From assembly GCA_040437565.1 (NCBI GenBank), contig JBDOQK010000006.1, positions 682,001-746,000 of the forward strand: DNA of 64,000 nucleotides. Direction: 5' to 3'. Source of the DNA: Albugo candida (Eukaryota). The notes beneath the pieces were generated by a model. It saw only the letters and a program-made list of their open reading frames with translations. It was not told the origin of the DNA and made no database searches. The translations under genes were made by a program, and so were the position numbers. Positions 1 through 12,763 of the stretch are shown here, piece by piece (the first letter of the stretch is position 1; the number at the start of each line of letters is the position of its first letter).

Positions 1-897
1 CCGTTTCTTTATATATCTCTGTCTTCCGATCTTGCTCAAACATGCTATCCTCTTGTTAGTCGACATGTCTGGTTTGCACAAAGCTGTATCCTGTACCATC
101 GCATGTTTCCTATAATTTCATAATCAGATAAATTTGAAGAGTTTCTTGGAGATGTGCCAACGTACGACTCTGAATCACTGCAATCGGTTCGTACTCGAAT
201 GTATTTCATTGGCTTGTATAACCACATTGTATGCATCTCAAAATGAATGATAAATTGGTCGGGTACACGATTTGACTCCTGTGAAACCTGTTCTGACCAT
301 ATCGAACTCATTTGTACAACCACAAGTGACGCTAATTTGATCAGTCGATTAATCACATTGATAGTAGACCAGCATTTATCGCAATTGCGCATAGAAGTCG
401 TTTTCGCAAACTTGACCATGATCATCCATCTGAACTGCTTACCCTTCAAAGAATCCATAGGTCGACCATGTACACAGTGATACAGGTAGAATGCGAAAAA
501 AGGTCCTGAACAAGTGGCGTTCCTGCTACATTCACTTTGCTTTCCTGAATAAAATCTTCAAGCGCTTCTTGTTCACCTCTGAATAAATAATAGATGTTCT
601 TCAGTTTGGATTCAACATCTCCACATACCTATGAGAAGCGTATCCTGATCATAAGCAACATCTTGCAGTAGGGGCTCTATATCTGAAATCCAGATGTGCT
701 CCCTAGTGTATCCATGTAATTCATATCTTTACTTTGTCTGCTGCTTCGCTTTACTTTCAAACTATCATGTATTATCGTAATAACGCACGCCTTCTGGNNN
801 NNNNNNNNNNNNNNNNNNNNNNNNNNNNNNNNNNNNNNNNNNNNNNNNNNNNNNNNNNNNNNNNNNNNNNNNNNNNNNNNNNNNNNNNNNNNNNNNN

Positions 898-1336
898 TGC
901 GTTGACGGCTTACTTCCAGCTGGTTGTTGAGTTCTTGAACGTTCGCTTTGAGTATACCAATTTGTTGACTGGCGCTTCGAAGTTGAGTCGTCTTCGCCTC
1001 GAGGGAGCGCGACAACTGGACGTTCTCTTTTTTCAGTTGCGCTAATTCTCTCAGCCGCGGTTGGTTTCCGATGTTGGAGCTGCCGGCATTGCTGGAATTC
1101 CTGTCGCGTTCGACACCGTAGACACCCTTGCACCGGAAGCCGATGCCACGCGCGCACCCACACGCACTATTGGGCCATTGACACGAGTCGCTGTTGGAGA
1201 TGCTCGTGGACTTGATACGATTTGTCGAGTTGACGTCGTCCTTGATGCATGAGCAGGGTTGATCCGCGCCACATTGGCCGTCGTCGCATATCTGAGGACG
1301 TTAGTTCGCAATGTTGATGTCGCTGTTGACGGGCGC
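898..1336 (-). pseudogene. Frameshifted, truncated paralog of the repeat/coiled-coil gene at 60131-61474
   Basis: ORFs 1051-1311 and 677-1015 translate to pieces matching the 60131 protein (GARVASASGARVS, IPAMPA.PTSE, LKKENVQLSR.LE.K.TQLRSA, QELN.QLEVSRQR). One A is missing near 1065 (ggaaaccaacc vs ggaaaaccaacc), which shifts the frame. The 3' end runs into an N gap and the 5' repeat array is replaced by an A/T low-complexity run. Confidence 0.75.
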
Positions 1337-4300
1337 TTTTTTTTTTAAAACAAAAAAAAATATTATTTATTTTTTTATTAAAAAAAAAATTCCGTCGACA
1401 CATATCGACCCGACCTCTGAAGTCTCTTAGCACGATTCTGCATGCTGTTTGGAGACATTGGCTTTGCTAAAAGGCCGCGCTTACTACCGATTGGAGTCAG
1501 ACTCAAAGGCGGAATTAGCGGGTAAGACGTTATCAATGTGTACATCCACTTTTGTGTGTCTTTTGCGATGAGTGATTTGATGCAAAGGATACACAGAAGT
1601 GGATGCACGCATGCATGGTTGTGTAGTAAATTGCAAAGTACGTTACATTATCTTAGGTCCTAAGTTCGCCGATCAGTTATTCTTAGCCTTTCACGTTTAA
1701 TCCAATAGGATTACAATCCGATCATATCCTCAGATAATCCATCCGACTTTAGATGCGCCACATAAACTTGCAGCAGCATCGCCAACACATTCATTACGTG
1801 TAACCCCTCCATTATAATGGCTATCTTGAAATATGGCGGCAGGTCGCACCGTGTGGCAAAAAACAGTGGCTATGTGGATATGCGGGTCGTATGAAAATAC
1901 TTCGTGTAGATTTCATAAAAATAATTAAGTAACACGGCTACAATGCAATTGAAGGGAATATGAACATTTGGATGCATAATGTATACTACATATTTATTTA
2001 CAATCTAATATATATGATCCTGCTGTAATGCAAACCAAGCCGATTCGAAATGCCCGCTGTACCAATTCTTGAACTTCCGCGATGACGAGCTATTGCATTT
2101 GTACCGGCATGCACAGTCTCGGCTGCCCGCTCTCGGGATCTGTGTGACATGAGGGGTTGAAAAACGAGCTGGTAGCGAAACTTCCATAAATGGCTCTAAT
2201 TGCGAAAGGTGGAATCCTAAAGCCTTCGTTCTAAGTGCGGGTCGAGTCAATCTCGCATCTACTTGCGAGAATCTTGGCTTCTACTTGTAAACTTAATGCA
2301 CTTTTGCGTCTCGATGCGGTGTGCAGATATCCTGTTTGTAACACGCACTTTTGATGCGGATAGTAGATTTGCGTTTTCGGCAAAGTGCGTGTAGCAAAGT
2401 GCGTATGGCAAAATGCGCATGGCACCGTAAATTGTCAATTGCGTCGGTTTGTGCATAATCAACATGTCCACGTAGCCTCGAAATCCCCGACGTAATTTTC
2501 TGATCCAGCCCACGATTTACTTGATTGGTGTGTTGCGCCACGTGAATAAATGCTGCGACATAGGATGAATATCATTCAATGTTGCTACTGAGATGATGAG
2601 AGGAAAGAAGAGCGCTCTAACTCGATCAATGGACTGCGCTATCATCCTTATGCTAAATCCGGGGCTCGATTCTTCTAAACTTGGAAATGATTGCTTTCCA
2701 CATATCCGATGCTACCATCCATACCCATCTGTCTTAACAACTCTCAACTGCGCAACTTGCACCTAGTCACGTAAATCAGACCCTCTTCCATGCAAAGCGA
2801 CGAAGCCATCCATGATTCGAACCTTGATGTTCATCGATGTTTCTCAAACGTGATGTTGCTGGGTTGTATGCCGTCCATTTGCATACCCAGGGCTACGTGC
2901 TATTTGTCATTTTTTGTCCCCATGTGACCGTTTCGTGGCACACGGGAGGGGATTCTAGTGACCCTGGCCACTACCATAACTTAGCACTCTATGGCTTCCT
3001 TGTTCATGGTTATAGGGATGTTGCTATCCCCTTCTGTGCGTGCAATGTAAGTGCAATTCTGACAATTTGTAGGCGAGTAGAACGTAATGTGCTGGTGAGT
3101 CACACTCAAGCTGTTTATAGATACATATGATGTCAGGCGCTGGAATAACGACCACTCTTTTCATGGTGTACTGTCTCGGATTGATACAGCATGGTAACCC
3201 TCGCAAGAGGTATGATAAGTGAGGTTTGCATCATTATTCAAATTGCATTTTTGTGGGTGGAAATATTCAATCCGTCTTCTATTATAAGCAGGATAGCTGA
3301 TATGCACTTCAAGCCCATATAGGTGCTCACAAATCTCTGACACTATCATGTAGACATGTCTCCATCTGAGAGTACGCATATGATCGCTCAGTGGACCAGC
3401 ACTCTTACGTTTTGATATAAGGGGAATGATGTTTGTATTGTGTACGAGATTCTCCTAATAACATCCAAGCCCAAATTCTTCTCGTCTCTTATCCCATTCT
3501 GCTTCTGCGGTATCTTTGCGGCAGATGCTTCTTCCCAAGAAGAATACCCGAGCTATAGCACCTACGGGAAATCATGTGCATTCTTTACGATGGAATATGC
3601 TGGCGCTGCTCGGCATCTCATTCTGATAAAAGCGACTACACCTTATGATTTCACTGACATCTAATGCATGTCCCTACTTTGTGGTAGTCGAATGATCCGT
3701 CCGTAGTNNNNNNNNNNNNNNNNNNNNNNNNNNNNNNNNNNNNNNNNNNNNNNNNNNNNNNNNNNNNNNNNNNNNNNNNNNNNNNNNNNNNNNNNNNNNN
3801 NNNNNNNCCCAAGAAGAATACCCGAGCTATAGCATCTACGGGAAATCATGTGCATTCTTTACGATGGAATATGCTGGCGCTGCTCGGCATCTCATTTTGA
3901 TAAAAGCGACTACACCTTATGATTTCACTGACATCTAATGCATGTCCCTACTTTGTGGTAGTCGAATGATCCGTCCGTAGTACTTCTTTTTCGTGTTAAT
4001 CCACCAGACGTGTGGAATGGACCCCATACATAATCAGTCAAGTCCCTTTGATTGCATGAACGGATGGCATTTGTACGATGTCAGATGACTCCATCAAAGT
4101 ATATCGGAGTCAGTTCTCTTACGTACCACTTCGTGTCTGTTGGTATGCATCTCGTCTGTTTGAATTTTTTGCAACTAGCGAGCTCATCATCTGAAACTGG
4201 TACACCAATCATGAAGTTACTTGCTTGAGACCACTTTCAAATGTTTGCTGTGAAGCTGGGCAATGGGTTATCAGTTGGAAGCCGTCGAAAGGACCTATCA

Positions 4301-4967
4301 CGTCTCGTATTTATACTTGCCTCAATGTTTGAATCAAGAGCATTGGGCGATTCGATGATATTATAAGGCAATGTCAGAAATCCTCCGTGGTGTTTGCACG
4401 CCAGAGCCCAAGCAACATTTGATCCAGCTAACCTACACCAGAATTTATCTAATTGGGGGATTGTCCAGCGTGTATTTCGATTTTATGTATTTGTGCTGCA
4501 GGGTAGCTAATTTTGGTATCAAAAGCACAGGATACCTTGAACCGAATGCTAGTCGCCTATCGGAAATCCGTTGATATTTTGCAGCTGTGATACGTCGCAA
4601 AGGTGACGCATGCGTGAAGAGGCCCGAGTTCTTCTATTAGAGATTTCTCTCCTACTGCTGAGAGACAGCGAGTCCATGATTAGTGTATCCATTCACATTC
4701 TATACTTGTCAAAGTAACATCACACACCGTGGAAACTTCCCGGGCCACAAGGGAATACCATGGAGCTTACGTAGGTTTGAATCATCGCAAATCTTCTAGC
4801 ACAGTTCGAATAAAGGTGTATTTGCATATTGAAAATCACAAATTCTATAAGCATCAATCTGTAGTCGCTTCGAATGCTCTCCTCCTACACGCGCACTTCT
4901 ATCCGTATTCTTGTATCCTTTTATTCCTTCATCTAATAATAATTTACTTGCAAGGATTATCTCGAGT

Positions 4968-7326
4968 ATGTTCCAGCAGGATCACGTCTTTGCACCAGCC
5001 AGAGATCAGCTATCGCGTTCTTTGCGAGAAGCCCGCCGTACTGGATTTCTTCGTCTTCCAGCTCGTCAGCTCGAAAGCCTGCCAGAGCAAGTATATAGTC
5101 TCGCAGATTATCTCGAGAAAGATGAAAAACCATGGGAATGTATTGATCTATGCAAAATAGATGTCAGCCACAACAATATCACACAAATCAGAGAGGATAT
5201 TGGCACGCTCGAAACATTGAGTCACTTCAAAATGAGTCAAAATGCACTCAAGGGTTTGCCTAAAGGATTTTTCAAGCTCCTACAATTAGTCGATGTTGAC
5301 CTCAGTCAGTACGTTGGGCTGGTGAAATCTCGTTCTATATTAACGTCATGTTTTTGTGTACAGCAATCAGTTCTCAGCTTGCTTTCCAGGCGAAGTCGGA
5401 GACTTACGAAACCTTCGTGAGCTCAATTTGTCGCATAACAATCTGACTGCACTGCCCGAAAGCATCGGAAATCTTACTTTTCTTGAAAATCTTTCTATCG
5501 ATAACAATCGCTTACGAACGTTACCAGACTCCATCGGAAAATGCAGCAGGCTTCATGCGTTATCAGTGCAATCGAATCAATTGTCATGTCTTCCAAAAAG
5601 TCTGAAGCATCTCTCAGCTATTACCGCATTGCATTTGTGCAAGAATCAACTCGTAAATATTGAGCATGATACTTTTTTGAAATTCCATCGACTCGTCGTT
5701 CTTGACGTGCGTCAGAATCGTCTGATCGAGATGCCAAACCTTCCATCCACAACAGGTGTCAAGCAAGTTCTGGATAGAGTATTTTTTGGATACAATCGTC
5801 TTAGTGAGATACCTGAAAGTGCTTTTGTTTCCAGAGACTCTATAACTGTTCTTGATCTACGTGATAATCAACTTGAAGCACTGCCAACAGCTATTGCGAC
5901 TTTGTACAGAATGAAGTCTCTAGATTTATCGAACAATGCGTTGACAGACTTGCCGCATGCTTTGGGATATATCAAACAACTAACACATCTTCTTCTTGAT
6001 GGAAATCCAATGCGTGCGATTCGACGTTCGGTTATTGTTTCAGGTTGTCAAGCTCTTAAGAAACATCTTCGAACCCGAGGTGGGCCTCCATCACAAGTGC
6101 CGGAAGAATTCCTCGAATCTGAAGAAATCGGTGAGGATTGGCATCGTGGAACGGATAATGGTGACATTGTAGAGGATACATCGGCTACGGATTTGGCGGA
6201 AGAAACAAACTATCTGTATAGAGAGAGTGCATGCACGTTCAAAATGGATTTACGCGATAGGAGACTCACCAACCTTCCTTTAAAGCACGAATGGAGCACT
6301 TTTCCTACGTTTTGCTCTACTTTACAGACATTGAATCTATCGACAAATCAACTGACAGTATTGGGTGCCATATTTGGAGAATTAAAGGCTCTCGTAACAC
6401 TGGTAGTTGAAGAAAACGTTTTACAGGAAATTCATTCGAATGTAATTGCCTTACCAAAGCTGAAAGTTCTACGTCTTCGAAAAAATCAGCTCGCAAGTAC
6501 AGCACTGAAAAAAATGTTCCGAGATAAAGAACTTCAGTCTAGTTTCTCACCTTTGGAAGAAGTCGACGTGAGCAATAATTTGCTGGATCGATTTCCGTAC
6601 GAATTCGAAGCTTTTGGCAAATCATTGGAGACTCTTATCCTGTCATACAATCAGTTGCAGACCCTTGCAAACTGTCCATCGAATTTCTCTTGGGCTATGT
6701 TCTCTCGACTTGGCGTGTTGAGTTTGGCGGATAATCAATTGCAGTCTCTTGGTAGAGTATTTGAACTGCCTTGTCTGGCTTCATTTTCTATCGAGAACAA
6801 TAATGTAACCCGAGTTCCAAGCGAGTTAGGCCTTTGCCCACATTTGCATGCGCTTTACTTGAATGGGAATCCACAAAAAACAATTAGAAGTGGAATTATC
6901 GCAAAAGGGTCTCATGCAGTCCTGGAACACCTTCGGAAAAAGCTACCTCATGACACGATACGTGAACAGCAATCACTTGCTACTCAGCAGGCTCAGAATA
7001 CTATCAGTAGCGATAAAACGCGTCAGAATCAGCAGCGAATGGGTACGGGGCCAGCAGCATCACAACAAATTGACCCAGTCGAACAAAAACGCGGCAATAA
7101 TCAGCAATGTGGGCCCAGCTCTGACCCATCCATAACAAAAAATACTCGGGGAGATAATAATGCTGCTTCGGAATGCCTACAGTACATCCAAGCGGAGATA
7201 AACAAGCTTGAAGAACAACTAGAAAATTACGCGATTTCGGCCCCTAAACAGTATGCACTACGAAAGCAGCTTGCCATGCTTCGATCCAAGAAATTGCGAA
7301 AGGAACGAAGTATGAAAAGCAGTTGA
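4968..7326 (+). CDS. Leucine-rich repeat protein (LRRC40-like), 2 exons
   Basis: Many LxxLxLxxNxL repeats and two LxGNP caps. A GT-AG intron at 5309-5363 joins ORFs 4911 and 5356 in frame (DLS-H-NQF). ATG at 4968. Confidence 0.85.
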
Positions 7327-7537
7327 CCCGAAATGTAATGCGTGTTGAATATTATCGCATTTTCACGTTCTCTCGATAAAACTTCTATAACAAATGCAGC
7401 AAAACGTCTACGTGCAAATAATTGTCCTTTGGGTGCTCATAATACTACGTTCATGTCACCAAATAGAACATGTCCTGTACCATCATATGCACTGAAATCT
7501 GTACCATAGCCTCCTGATTGACGATTATCCCCCTCCT

Positions 7538-8926
7538 TTATTGATTGCCTCCTGAAGAATACGGCATTCCTGAAGTGGATGGTCCAGGACTTCCTGAAAA
7601 ATACTTTCTTCGATGATACCACCAATCAGCTCCAAATCCTGCAACTGCGATTGAAATCACGATGAGCCCTACGATCCAGCCAGATGATGAAGTACCGCTA
7701 GATTGGGTGGACTGTCTTGTGTAAGATGGTTTCAAAGTTGTATCACGACTGCTCTCTGCAGCTTCTTCCTCTTTTGATTTTCGAACTCTAAATTTGAATG
7801 GCGCCACAGACTTCACTCCGCACTGAATTGTGTCAAGTTGATAGTCATCCTGGACACCAAAGGCATCAGGTAAGTTAATATCTGTCTCACTCGTACCATT
7901 GCCTATTGCGACTTTATTCGGATAAACTCTTTGCACCTTTTTCCCGGATATTTTTGATAGAGAAAACTTCTCAATCGCACATACATCTATTGTTTGCACG
8001 GTAAGCTTTGAACTGCCAATATAAGCGCCTTTGACGCCTATGATCTCTGCTGACGGAGGTATTACGCTTCCGATAACAGCATTACCTGCACTCGACCCTG
8101 CAACCGAAACTGCAGCAAATATGGCGCTTTCTTTTTTATCTTCCGATAATAAGCAAGCAAAACGATCGCGCAATAGAATATATCCCAAGCAAGAATCTCC
8201 TTTACACGACACAGATCTAATATTAAGACCATCCTGGATGACATTGATACATTTATTTGCATCTTTGGCACCGCTGCAAAGTTGAACAGTGTTGCAGCTG
8301 GGCGCCTGACTGAAATGAGTTCCCATTATGGCGATCTGAGACGAACAAACTGATATGACATCGTCAATTGGGCTAATCCTTGGTACAATAGTAGCGGGAA
8401 AGAATGTACCAACTGGGACTGGACCAATTGCAGCTTTTGGACCAACTGCAGTAGCCAGCAACACGTTTGCCTTTTCATGAGCCTGTATTGCGACAGCCCA
8501 GTCAAATTCGTACTTGAAAAGGACATTTAGTTTACATGGAACTTTTTCTGAGCTTCCGGCACATGCTGATTTCGGTACGATTGATTCGACAACTGGACTG
8601 AGGATGTTTTTAGTGTCACATGCAATGGAATTCGCAAAGTTGAATTGAAAGGTATACGCAGCGGATGATGCAGCAGCCAGCCACCAGTTACATACATGCA
8701 GTTCAATTGTATTGGTTCCAGCAAATAGAGCGCGATTGCTTTGTTCAGCGATACATACAGAATTGGGCGAGCAAGCCTCGCAGCTACTCATTGCAAGAGC
8801 TCTTGGAAGGCAATACAGCAAACAACAAGCGAGAAAAAATGTCTTAAACCATAAGATGTACGCCGTGGATGAATAGTTGAGATGTTGCTGGTGCTCCTTG
8901 GACGAAATCCCTACATTTTGAGGCAT
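7538..8926 (-). CDS. Cys-rich type I membrane protein of unknown function
   Basis: Uninterrupted ORF. N-terminal hydrophobic stretch (ILWFKTFFLACCLLYCL), Cys-rich ectodomain, Ser/Thr stalk, C-terminal TM helix (WIVGLIVISIAVAGF) followed by basic RRK. The first ATG at 8926 is used as the start. Confidence 0.7.
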   Translation of the reverse strand: MPQNVGISSKEHQQHLNYSSTAYILWFKTFFLACCLLYCLPRALAMSSCEACSPNSVCIAEQSNRALFAGTNTIELHVCNWWLAAASSAAYTFQFNFANSIACDTKNILSPVVESIVPKSACAGSSEKVPCKLNVLFKYEFDWAVAIQAHEKANVLLATAVGPKAAIGPVPVGTFFPATIVPRISPIDDVISVCSSQIAIMGTHFSQAPSCNTVQLCSGAKDANKCINVIQDGLNIRSVSCKGDSCLGYILLRDRFACLLSEDKKESAIFAAVSVAGSSAGNAVIGSVIPPSAEIIGVKGAYIGSSKLTVQTIDVCAIEKFSLSKISGKKVQRVYPNKVAIGNGTSETDINLPDAFGVQDDYQLDTIQCGVKSVAPFKFRVRKSKEEEAAESSRDTTLKPSYTRQSTQSSGTSSSGWIVGLIVISIAVAGFGADWWYHRRKYFSGSPGPSTSGMPYSSGGNQ

Positions 8927-9361
8927 ATTAAATTTGACTTGTTCGTTTTCGTCGATTTTACAGGATAATGTAATTTCCAAAATCACTTCCTTTACACTCG
9001 TAATATCGGTTATGCATTCAGCCTGTCGCTGCTACTTGCAGCTCTATAAGGGTGCTTCTTTCACGCTACTTCACCCTCCCTATAACTTTCAAACGTCAGA
9101 TCTTTGCGTGGCAGAGACAGTAAATCGAGTCAGTTATTAGCCCATGCAATAATATGAAATTCGTTANNNNNNNNNNNNNNNNNNNNNNNNNNNNNNNNNN
9201 NNNNNNNNNNNNNNNNNNNNNNNNNNNNNNNNNNNNNNNNNNNNNNNNNNNNNNNNNNNNNNNNNNATGAAATTCGTTATATCCTTCAAAACTTCATATA
9301 AATCTGAGTACGAAAAGTTCTCAGATCTTCGTGAGAATTTCCTCCGGAATTTTGGAATACC

Positions 9362-11093
9362 ATGCCAAACAAAGATCGCGTGTGGACAATCGAATTGGGT
9401 AAACGAATCGGACCATTTTGCATCGGATCGAGTATAATTGAAGCTCTTCATGTTCTCGAGGTGGTTTTGTAATGTCAATTGAAGCAATCCGTTTGTGAGA
9501 AATTCATTGCCATTTTTTCTCATTGTGTATGTGTAAGAATCGTGTCCCAATCCACCCGTTGGAAATCACTTACGATGGAATGGATCCTTATAAAAATGAT
9601 ACTGTGATTGATTCGCCGGAAGAAGGATTTCGGGTACTTAGTAAACGCCTTTGAATTATCGTATGACGGGAGTATGTATCGTACAAAGCTTGTGTTTGAT
9701 TCAAGAACGCAAATTTTGATAAAAATCGACTTTTATCGACTCGGACAGATTTATTTACGTTATGGCCATGTGACTTTATTCCGTGAGTGTGATTCGGCAA
9801 CGTTTATGGCGGTTTATAATGTAAATATATCAGAAGCAGACCTTTGCGAGACAGAACGTAACAAAGTTCCATGCACGTAGCTGTTTGGCCCAACATTTCC
9901 TGGTGAATACAATCCGTCGACGAGAGTAAGATAATACGATATGCATTTTGTTGAGGAAGCCGTATGACAGCGGATCCCAGTGCTACCATTTATCCTACGA
10001 AGGAGGCAGTGTCAAGTTCCCGATCCCAATCGAGCATCAAGACTTTTACAAAGACCAGAACGACTTGCCTCTAGCCTTTCCGGTCCTGTCAAGCAAGCAA
10101 TCACGCCATGTTGAAAGACTGACTCACCGAGCGTGATACCGTAGAACGGATCTACTCCAATAGCATGTGGATTGACAGTTTTTTCAGGAAGCAATCAATA
10201 CGCTCCATGCGTTCCCAAACCCATAAAATGGTATTTACTTTCCGTCGCTCTAGTGCTTTATTCAAGTGAGTCGACCAAATTCTAGTGATTATGGTGAAAT
10301 TGTCAATGTTCACATTTACCCGTCAGCGGCCACTCTATTATTTTGCGATAAAAAAGCGAGTTTAGAGCTGGGTTGGACACCGCAACAAGTCATTAGTTCA
10401 ATAGGACAGCCAATCTCTGTGTTCCGGAAAGCCGAAGATCCAAACCCAGGGTATACCGATTTTAAAGTTCCATGTCAAAGTATCGGTAGACGGTCTGATG
10501 TCTCAGCTCTGTTGTTATGAGGGAACGTGTCAACGAGTATTTTCACAATTATCCTCATCTTGGATGTGATGTAATGTACAACTCGCTCCACAAAGTCAGC
10601 AAAATTATATTGCGAACAAACGTTCTCGGGTATGTACCATCTTCTTTGAATGTCGCTTCTACAATTTCGCAAACCTCAGGCATCCAGAATTTGGGACATA
10701 CCACAAATCCAATTTTCGAATTTATATCCATACGGTCCCTGGAACTGCAACAGCAGACGTCTTATGTGAATCGATTACTCCAGAGACTACAGTAACGAGT
10801 CTTCAACCCGCTTTGTGATATTCGACTCAAGCTAAAAAGTGTATTTACTGTAGTGGGAGCAGATACAGAAAAGCCTCTCGATTTCATCCAAGCTTCGACC
10901 TGTGATTCATGACAGCGGCCTAGGGCTGCATCCTTTTGGCTCAAGTTACTGCTACGCACCCGTGCCCGATTGTATATTCGAGGTAGATGACATCGCGTTG
11001 TGGTCAGCTTATCTAAATGACGGTTGTGTTCATTTTGGGTGTCAGGTGCTGAAGAACGGATATCTTGCAAGTGTTACCATTGTGCAGACGTAA
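9362..11093 (+). CDS. PHAF1: UPF0183 / PHAF1 (C16orf70)-family protein, multi-exon
   Basis: Exon 1 9362-9460 (MPNKDRVWTIELGKRIGPFCIGSSIIEAL), intron 9461-9537, then EITYDGMDPYKNDTVIDSPEEGFR, LVFDSRTQILIKIDFY, FGPTFPGEY, YHLSYEGGSVKFPIP, LGWTPQQVISSIGQP, YFHNYPHLGCDVMY, HPFGSSYCY and FEV/LKNGYLASVTI, in the order known for this family. Confidence 0.8.
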
Positions 11094-11204
11094 AGGATGC
11101 GTCGAGACTCGAATATCAATCAAAATCTATTTATCTGTCCTCGATGTCAAAATGTGGTTCCTATCGACGCCTTCTTGTTGTCCTGCTGGCTGATGCTCTA
11201 TTTC

Positions 11205-12656
11205 TCATCTGCCTCGATACCGTGAAGGATCAGAGTCATAAGGATAAGGATATGACGCTGCGTGAGAGTTTGGATGGGCCTGGCTTGGGTGATACGCCTG
11301 ATCGGGATGCATTGGGTATGGGTAATGAGGTTGTCCTTCGTACCATTGCTGGCTGGATACAATGGGGTAAAATGGCCTAGGAGGATATGATGGAGACGGG
11401 CCCTGCATATGGCCTGGGTGGCTGTGTGAATGCACTGGATGTAAGTGAGGCGGATACGGAGCATGATGTGGGAAATACTGCGGAGGGTAATTATGTTGGG
11501 CGTTTTGATTGGGATACAATTCTCGATCATATCTCCGCTCTCGACCATGAGCATTAGGCGCTTGCCGTGTGCTGTGTCCAGGCGTGACGTAGTGACCTCT
11601 TGATTCTGCTCTACTCTGATTTGTCCCATTCGCTGCATTTTCGACGCCACGATTTCGTTTACGATTCGCTTTTTTTATAGCTGCTTCCTCGTCATCATCA
11701 GAAAACTCTTGCTGTTCGACCTCCTCATCGTATCTGTTGGATGCATCCGAGCCTTTTACGTGCAGCGTCGATGGTAAAATGAATTTGGCTTGCTCAGTCG
11801 AAAAATAAATCGGCATACCGACTGTAATATGTTGTGGTATCTGATCAAGTGAAGCAAAGCGTACCAAGTACATTGGTCTGACCACAGGTCCGAAAATCTC
11901 GTCGATACAGCCCAAAATCGTCCTATCTTGAAGACACACAATACTTCCTTCATTCAATGGCTTAGATTGTGCTTCTCCTTGGATTGTAATCGACAAAGCA
12001 CCTGTACAAATGTTGAGAATTGTCCCGCATGTTGAAAGCGGACTATCGGATTTCAATTCAATGCTCGGCACTTGCACTGGAACAGGATCAATTTCATTGG
12101 TTGTGCGGGGTGGAAGCGAAACCGTGTCTTCTTCTCTCTTTATTTTTGCTTCGATTGTTGCAGCAAGCACACATTTTTCATCTTCCTCCTCGTTTTCATC
12201 CGACAAAGATGTGTCGCTATCATTTCCGCCATTTTCTACCTTGATTTTCGTCAGTGTTGAGGAATCGGGCATTGGAATTCTTTCGACCAGTCTGCCCTCA
12301 GGCTCAGGCTTTATCGCAGCTGAAGCAAATTCCGCAGAAACCGCATCCATATCGAAACTTGCGTACTGCGCAGCAATCTCGAGATCAGTATACTGACGCT
12401 GAGATGAGATTCCTTTCTGTGTGCTCAAATTTGTGCAATTTGTAGGACGGCACGACTCATCTTCTTCGATCTCACCTTCTTCTGAAGCATCATTCTCAAC
12501 CACTACATCGATGCAAGCTATCTGCTGCGTGGGATCGTCTATACAAATTGAATGTGGAAGGTTTGCTTCATGTTCTGCATTAATCTGTTGACCAGACGAA
12601 GCTACTTCTGACATATTTGCATTCTCGTTCGATGCGCTGTCGACTGCGACAGCCAT
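11205..12656 (-). CDS. NAF1: H/ACA RNP assembly factor NAF1
   Basis: Gar1/Naf1 domain (LNEGSIVCLQDRTILGCIDEIFGPVVRPMYLVRF), NAF1 motif KGSDASNRYDEEV...EFSDDDEE, and a Pro/Tyr/His-rich C-terminus. Confidence 0.9.
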   Translation of the reverse strand: MAVAVDSASNENANMSEVASSGQQINAEHEANLPHSICIDDPTQQIACIDVVVENDASEEGEIEEDESCRPTNCTNLSTQKGISSQRQYTDLEIAAQYASFDMDAVSAEFASAAIKPEPEGRLVERIPMPDSSTLTKIKVENGGNDSDTSLSDENEEEDEKCVLAATIEAKIKREEDTVSLPPRTTNEIDPVPVQVPSIELKSDSPLSTCGTILNICTGALSITIQGEAQSKPLNEGSIVCLQDRTILGCIDEIFGPVVRPMYLVRFASLDQIPQHITVGMPIYFSTEQAKFILPSTLHVKGSDASNRYDEEVEQQEFSDDDEEAAIKKANRKRNRGVENAANGTNQSRAESRGHYVTPGHSTRQAPNAHGRERRYDRELYPNQNAQHNYPPQYFPHHAPYPPHLHPVHSHSHPGHMQGPSPSYPPRPFYPIVSSQQWYEGQPHYPYPMHPDQAYHPSQAHPNSHAASYPYPYDSDPSRYRGR

Positions 12657-12763
12657 GGAATAGCTATCGATTTTTATTAAGGTGGACACTCAAATTACAG
12701 GTAGAATAGGTCAAAAGTACTGATGACATTTGGATTATCTTCTAAGCGTGATATTGTGTCAGC

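Noticed and set aside
3535-3980. About 170-bp direct repeat with two substitutions
   Set aside because: It flanks a gap and is consistent with overlapping contig ends from two haplotypes.
1950-4900. Many short ORFs in the left intergenic region
   Set aside because: I could not recognise any family motifs. It may be decayed sequence, but no call can be supported.
11198-11650. Alternative-frame and antisense ORFs over the NAF1 3' end
   Set aside because: Explained by the low-complexity Pro/His/Tyr coding of NAF1.
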